Translations under genes and position numbers: made by a program
DNA from: Nemertoderma westbladi
Lineage: Eukaryota > Animalia > Xenacoelomorpha
NCBI GenBank assembly: GCA_032718475.1
Contig: JAUCBJ010001712.1
Coordinates: forward strand, 1 to 64,000
DNA length: 64,000 bases
Reading direction: 5' to 3'
Part shown: positions 61,219 through 64,000 of the stretch, in pieces
How positions within the stretch are numbered: position 1 is the stretch's first letter
How the letters are laid out: every line of letters begins with the position of its first letter
The notes under the pieces: model-generated
Database searches by the model: none
Told to the model about the DNA's origin: nothing
The model's input: the letters and a program-made list of their open reading frames with translations, nothing else

Positions 61219-64000
61219 TTATTTACTAATATTGGGTGGAGATTTGTAGTCTCCTGTCTCGTTTCTAGTCTCCTCAAGGAGCACGAGACGTTGTACAGGT
61301 CTGTCTACGGTACGTCCGTCGATAGTCCTTACAGTAACTGTTCTCACTACACCAGATGTAGGGTGCGTGGTCAAAATGACTCCAGTCAGCCAAAACCGTC
61401 TTTTCAGATTGGCTTCAGCCAATAAAACGTGGTCTCCTCATCTCAAACATCGGGTATTAAGATACCAAGAGGTTCTGGTCGAAATAGAGGGCAAATAATA
61501 TTTCTGCCATATTTCCCAGAATTTATTTGCAAGCAATTGAGTGATTTTCCAAGCTTTGTTGCCGTATCCGTCGCTATTAACGGGTACCGAAATGGGCAAC
61601 AATGTCGTCGGCGCCTGCATAAGCAGGTGCGCTGGTGTCAAGGCGAACTGTGCGTCGTTATTGTCTGGGATCAAAGCGATCGGTCTAGTGTTCAAAATCG
61701 CTTCGATTTCTATTAGTAACGTCGTCAGTTGGTCGTCTGTCAAAATGTGTTGCGTCGGTACTACTTTAGCCATAGCTGTTTTAATTGAGCCAATCAGCCT
61801 TTACCAAACGCCGCCTCTCCATGGACTGTCTGGAGTATTAAAATACCAAACAATACGGTGAGGACGTAGTTCCTCGGAAATCTGGTTTTGGTCCAACTTT
61901 CTCAAAGCTCTGGTTATTTCGTTCCGTGCACCCACAAAGTTTGTCCCTTGGTCGCAGTAAATGGATGTGACCAATCCACGTCTAGCGATAAATCGCCGTA
62001 AGGCTAGGATAAAGGCATTGGTGGTCAAATCTGTCACTCGCTCTATATGGACAGCTCTGCTGGCCATGCAAGTGAAGATTAATCCCCAACGTTTTACCTG
62101 TACCCTTCCGCGTTTCGCGATTATGGGTCCAGAACAGTCTATCCCTGTCTCAGTGAAAGGGGGTCTAAGTGCCTGTAATCTCGCTAGTGGTAGTTCACTC
62201 ATTTCTTGGTGTCCTATCCTCGCGTGCACCTTCTTACAAATCATACAGTTCCGTGTTACCGAACTCAGTGCCTTACTAGGTCTAATCAGTACAAACCTCG
62301 AGCGTAAGTGTGATAGACAGTGGTGTCTACCCACGTGTTTGAGTTGTACATATGCGTCCAGTATCATAGCGCGCTGCAATTCATGGTGTTGCGGTATGAT
62401 GATAGGATACCTAAAGTCAAGTGCAAAGTCGATGTTTTGGAGTCTGGACTTGTGACAAAGTAAGCCCCGGTAAATAATCGGACTCCAACTCAAAATCGGT
62501 GAAGACTTAATCTGTTTACCTTGGTTGATCGCTGTGAACTCTTGTGCGAAATATCGCAATTGATAATGGCGAATGATATCAACTTCACAATGGCCAACTT
62601 CCTTTAAGGTAAGTCTTCTAGGAAAGTCGCGTTTGCCTCTGGCATATTGTCTCAAACGTTTGAGCCATGCTAACTTGCGGCACGCGTCAGTCCATGATCT
62701 AGTTAGGTTTACTATCCGGTTAACATAAGTGTTGGTGACGTCATCAGGTAAGGTATAGTCGTATTGTGGATACTTGTCTGGACTTGGTAGGCCCATGGGC
62801 CTTCCGGTAGGTTTGTCTGAGTCCCCAAGTACGTCAATCTCTACGGTCTTACCTTTACCGTCTGCACCTAATGTGTCGACTGGCAGTAACGGTTTCAACT
62901 CTACAGTGTCAGTGTGTTCCTGTGAGCCTGTAAGCTTCCTAACCTTAGTCACACGTTTACCTGTAGGTGGTAAGTCAAGTACCTTCTTTGAGCGGAGTGT
63001 GATCGCTGTGGCCACACCTCTGTCGTCCAAAGAAGTCAAATTCGGTAAGTTTCTAAATGTCTGCTCCAATGGGTCTTCTAGTGGAGTGTCTGGTAGACAG
63101 TCTGGTGACGTGTCCGGTGAACAGTCTGGTGAGACGTCTGGTGAGACATAGCGCGGAACTTCCGGCGAAATGTCCTGTCGTCGGTCCCAAAGTCTGTCTG
63201 GCGTAACTTCTGTCAGAAAGTCTGGTCCAAAGTCTGGTCTAAAGTCTGGTGGACAGTCTGTCGAGATGTCTGGTGGAAAGTCTGGTGAGACGTCCGGTAG
63301 ACATTCTGTCGAGAGTTCCATCAAACAGTCTGGCCAACAATCCGGAGAACAATCTGGTGTCACTTCTGGTGAATAATCTGGTGAGTAATCTGGTGAAAAA
63401 TCCGGCGAAACGTCTGGTGAAATCTCCCGCGGAACATCCGGCGAAGGATTCGTACAAGCGTCTGGTCGAGTGTCTGGTGAGACGTCTGGCGTCCAGGTCA
63501 TCAGATTTCATCCGTCCTTGTTTCCTCTTGACCTTGGCGTTGGCTTTCGCTTTGGACTTAACAACCTTGTCGATTTTTATCTCGGCACCTTCTGGTATGG
63601 TGTTGGTTGTCGCGTCGAATAACGGTGGCCATTCGTCTGATGGTCGCTGTAGGAAATCGGGTCCTCTAAACCAAAAGGATTTATTGTCCGGTTTACAAAA
63701 GTCAAGTGGTTGCATCCCCCGTGACGCGATGTCAGCTGGGTTCAGCTTCCCTGGACAGTGACGCCAATCTTGTTTGAGCGACCGGTCTAATATTTCAGCC
63801 CGTCTGTTGGCTACGAAAGTCTTGAACTCAAATGCTTCGTTGTTTATGTACCAAAGTACCAACGTCGCATCCGTCCAATATGTGACCTTCAAGTTAGCCT
63901 CCAGCTCGTGTTGAACTAGACTGACAATATCAGTGGATATCGTCCCGGCTTGCAGCTCCCCACGAGGTACAGTCATATACTTCAATGGCATTGTTCTAGC
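61219..64000 (-). pseudogene. BEL-2 pol 3' part: RNase H, integrase, DUF5641-like tail
   Basis: YWTDA, FVANR, WRHCPGKLNPADIASRG; H..CMICKK; GIDCSGP, CDQGTNFVGA, PWRGGVW*RLIG (catalytic Glu replaced by TAA at 61801); LNTRP, LTPAHLL, RPVQRLVLL; frameshifts present. Confidence 0.92.
63085..63495 (-). repeat. 12-bp coding minisatellite (PDxS)n between RNase H and integrase
   Basis: Tandem tctggtgagacg-type units. Confidence 0.85.

Larger units (their letters stand above)
55489..64000 (-). mobile_element. BEL/Pao LTR retrotransposon (BEL-2), 3' half; continues beyond the window
   Basis: RNase H and integrase motifs, then an accessory ORF, then PPT and LTR, all on the minus strand. Confidence 0.85.

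Overview
This is a repeat-saturated eukaryotic (probably invertebrate animal) window with no recognisable host protein-coding gene. It opens with a 43-bp palindromic satellite (~150-2385) and an (AGTACA)n array (2386-4235). From 10886 to 52654 a ~1.9-kb inverted repeat encloses a stack of nested insertions: a CRE-clade RLE retrotransposon, two RTE-X-like LINEs, a Crack/L2-like LINE with a 2A-like StopGo motif, and a BEL/Pao LTR element with both LTRs (26018-50356, GGGGC TSD). That BEL element itself contains a Tc1/mariner-type MITE, a LINE and a 6.2-kb non-autonomous Polinton/Maverick (AGTAGT termini, GGTGTG TSD). A second BEL/Pao element occupies 55489-64000 on the minus strand. Three signals stand out. 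(1) Both BEL elements carry a non-env third ORF sharing a Cys/His domain I cannot name; in the second element it is fused to a WRN/EXD/Mut-7-like DEDDy 3'-5' exonuclease and three CCHC knuckles. (2) A 20-nt hairpin recurs five times across that ORF region, independent of reading frame. (3) The mini-Polinton carries a divergent TATA-binding-protein-like gene next to an array of Pol III B-boxes. All family assignments come from motif recognition by eye; no database search was run.
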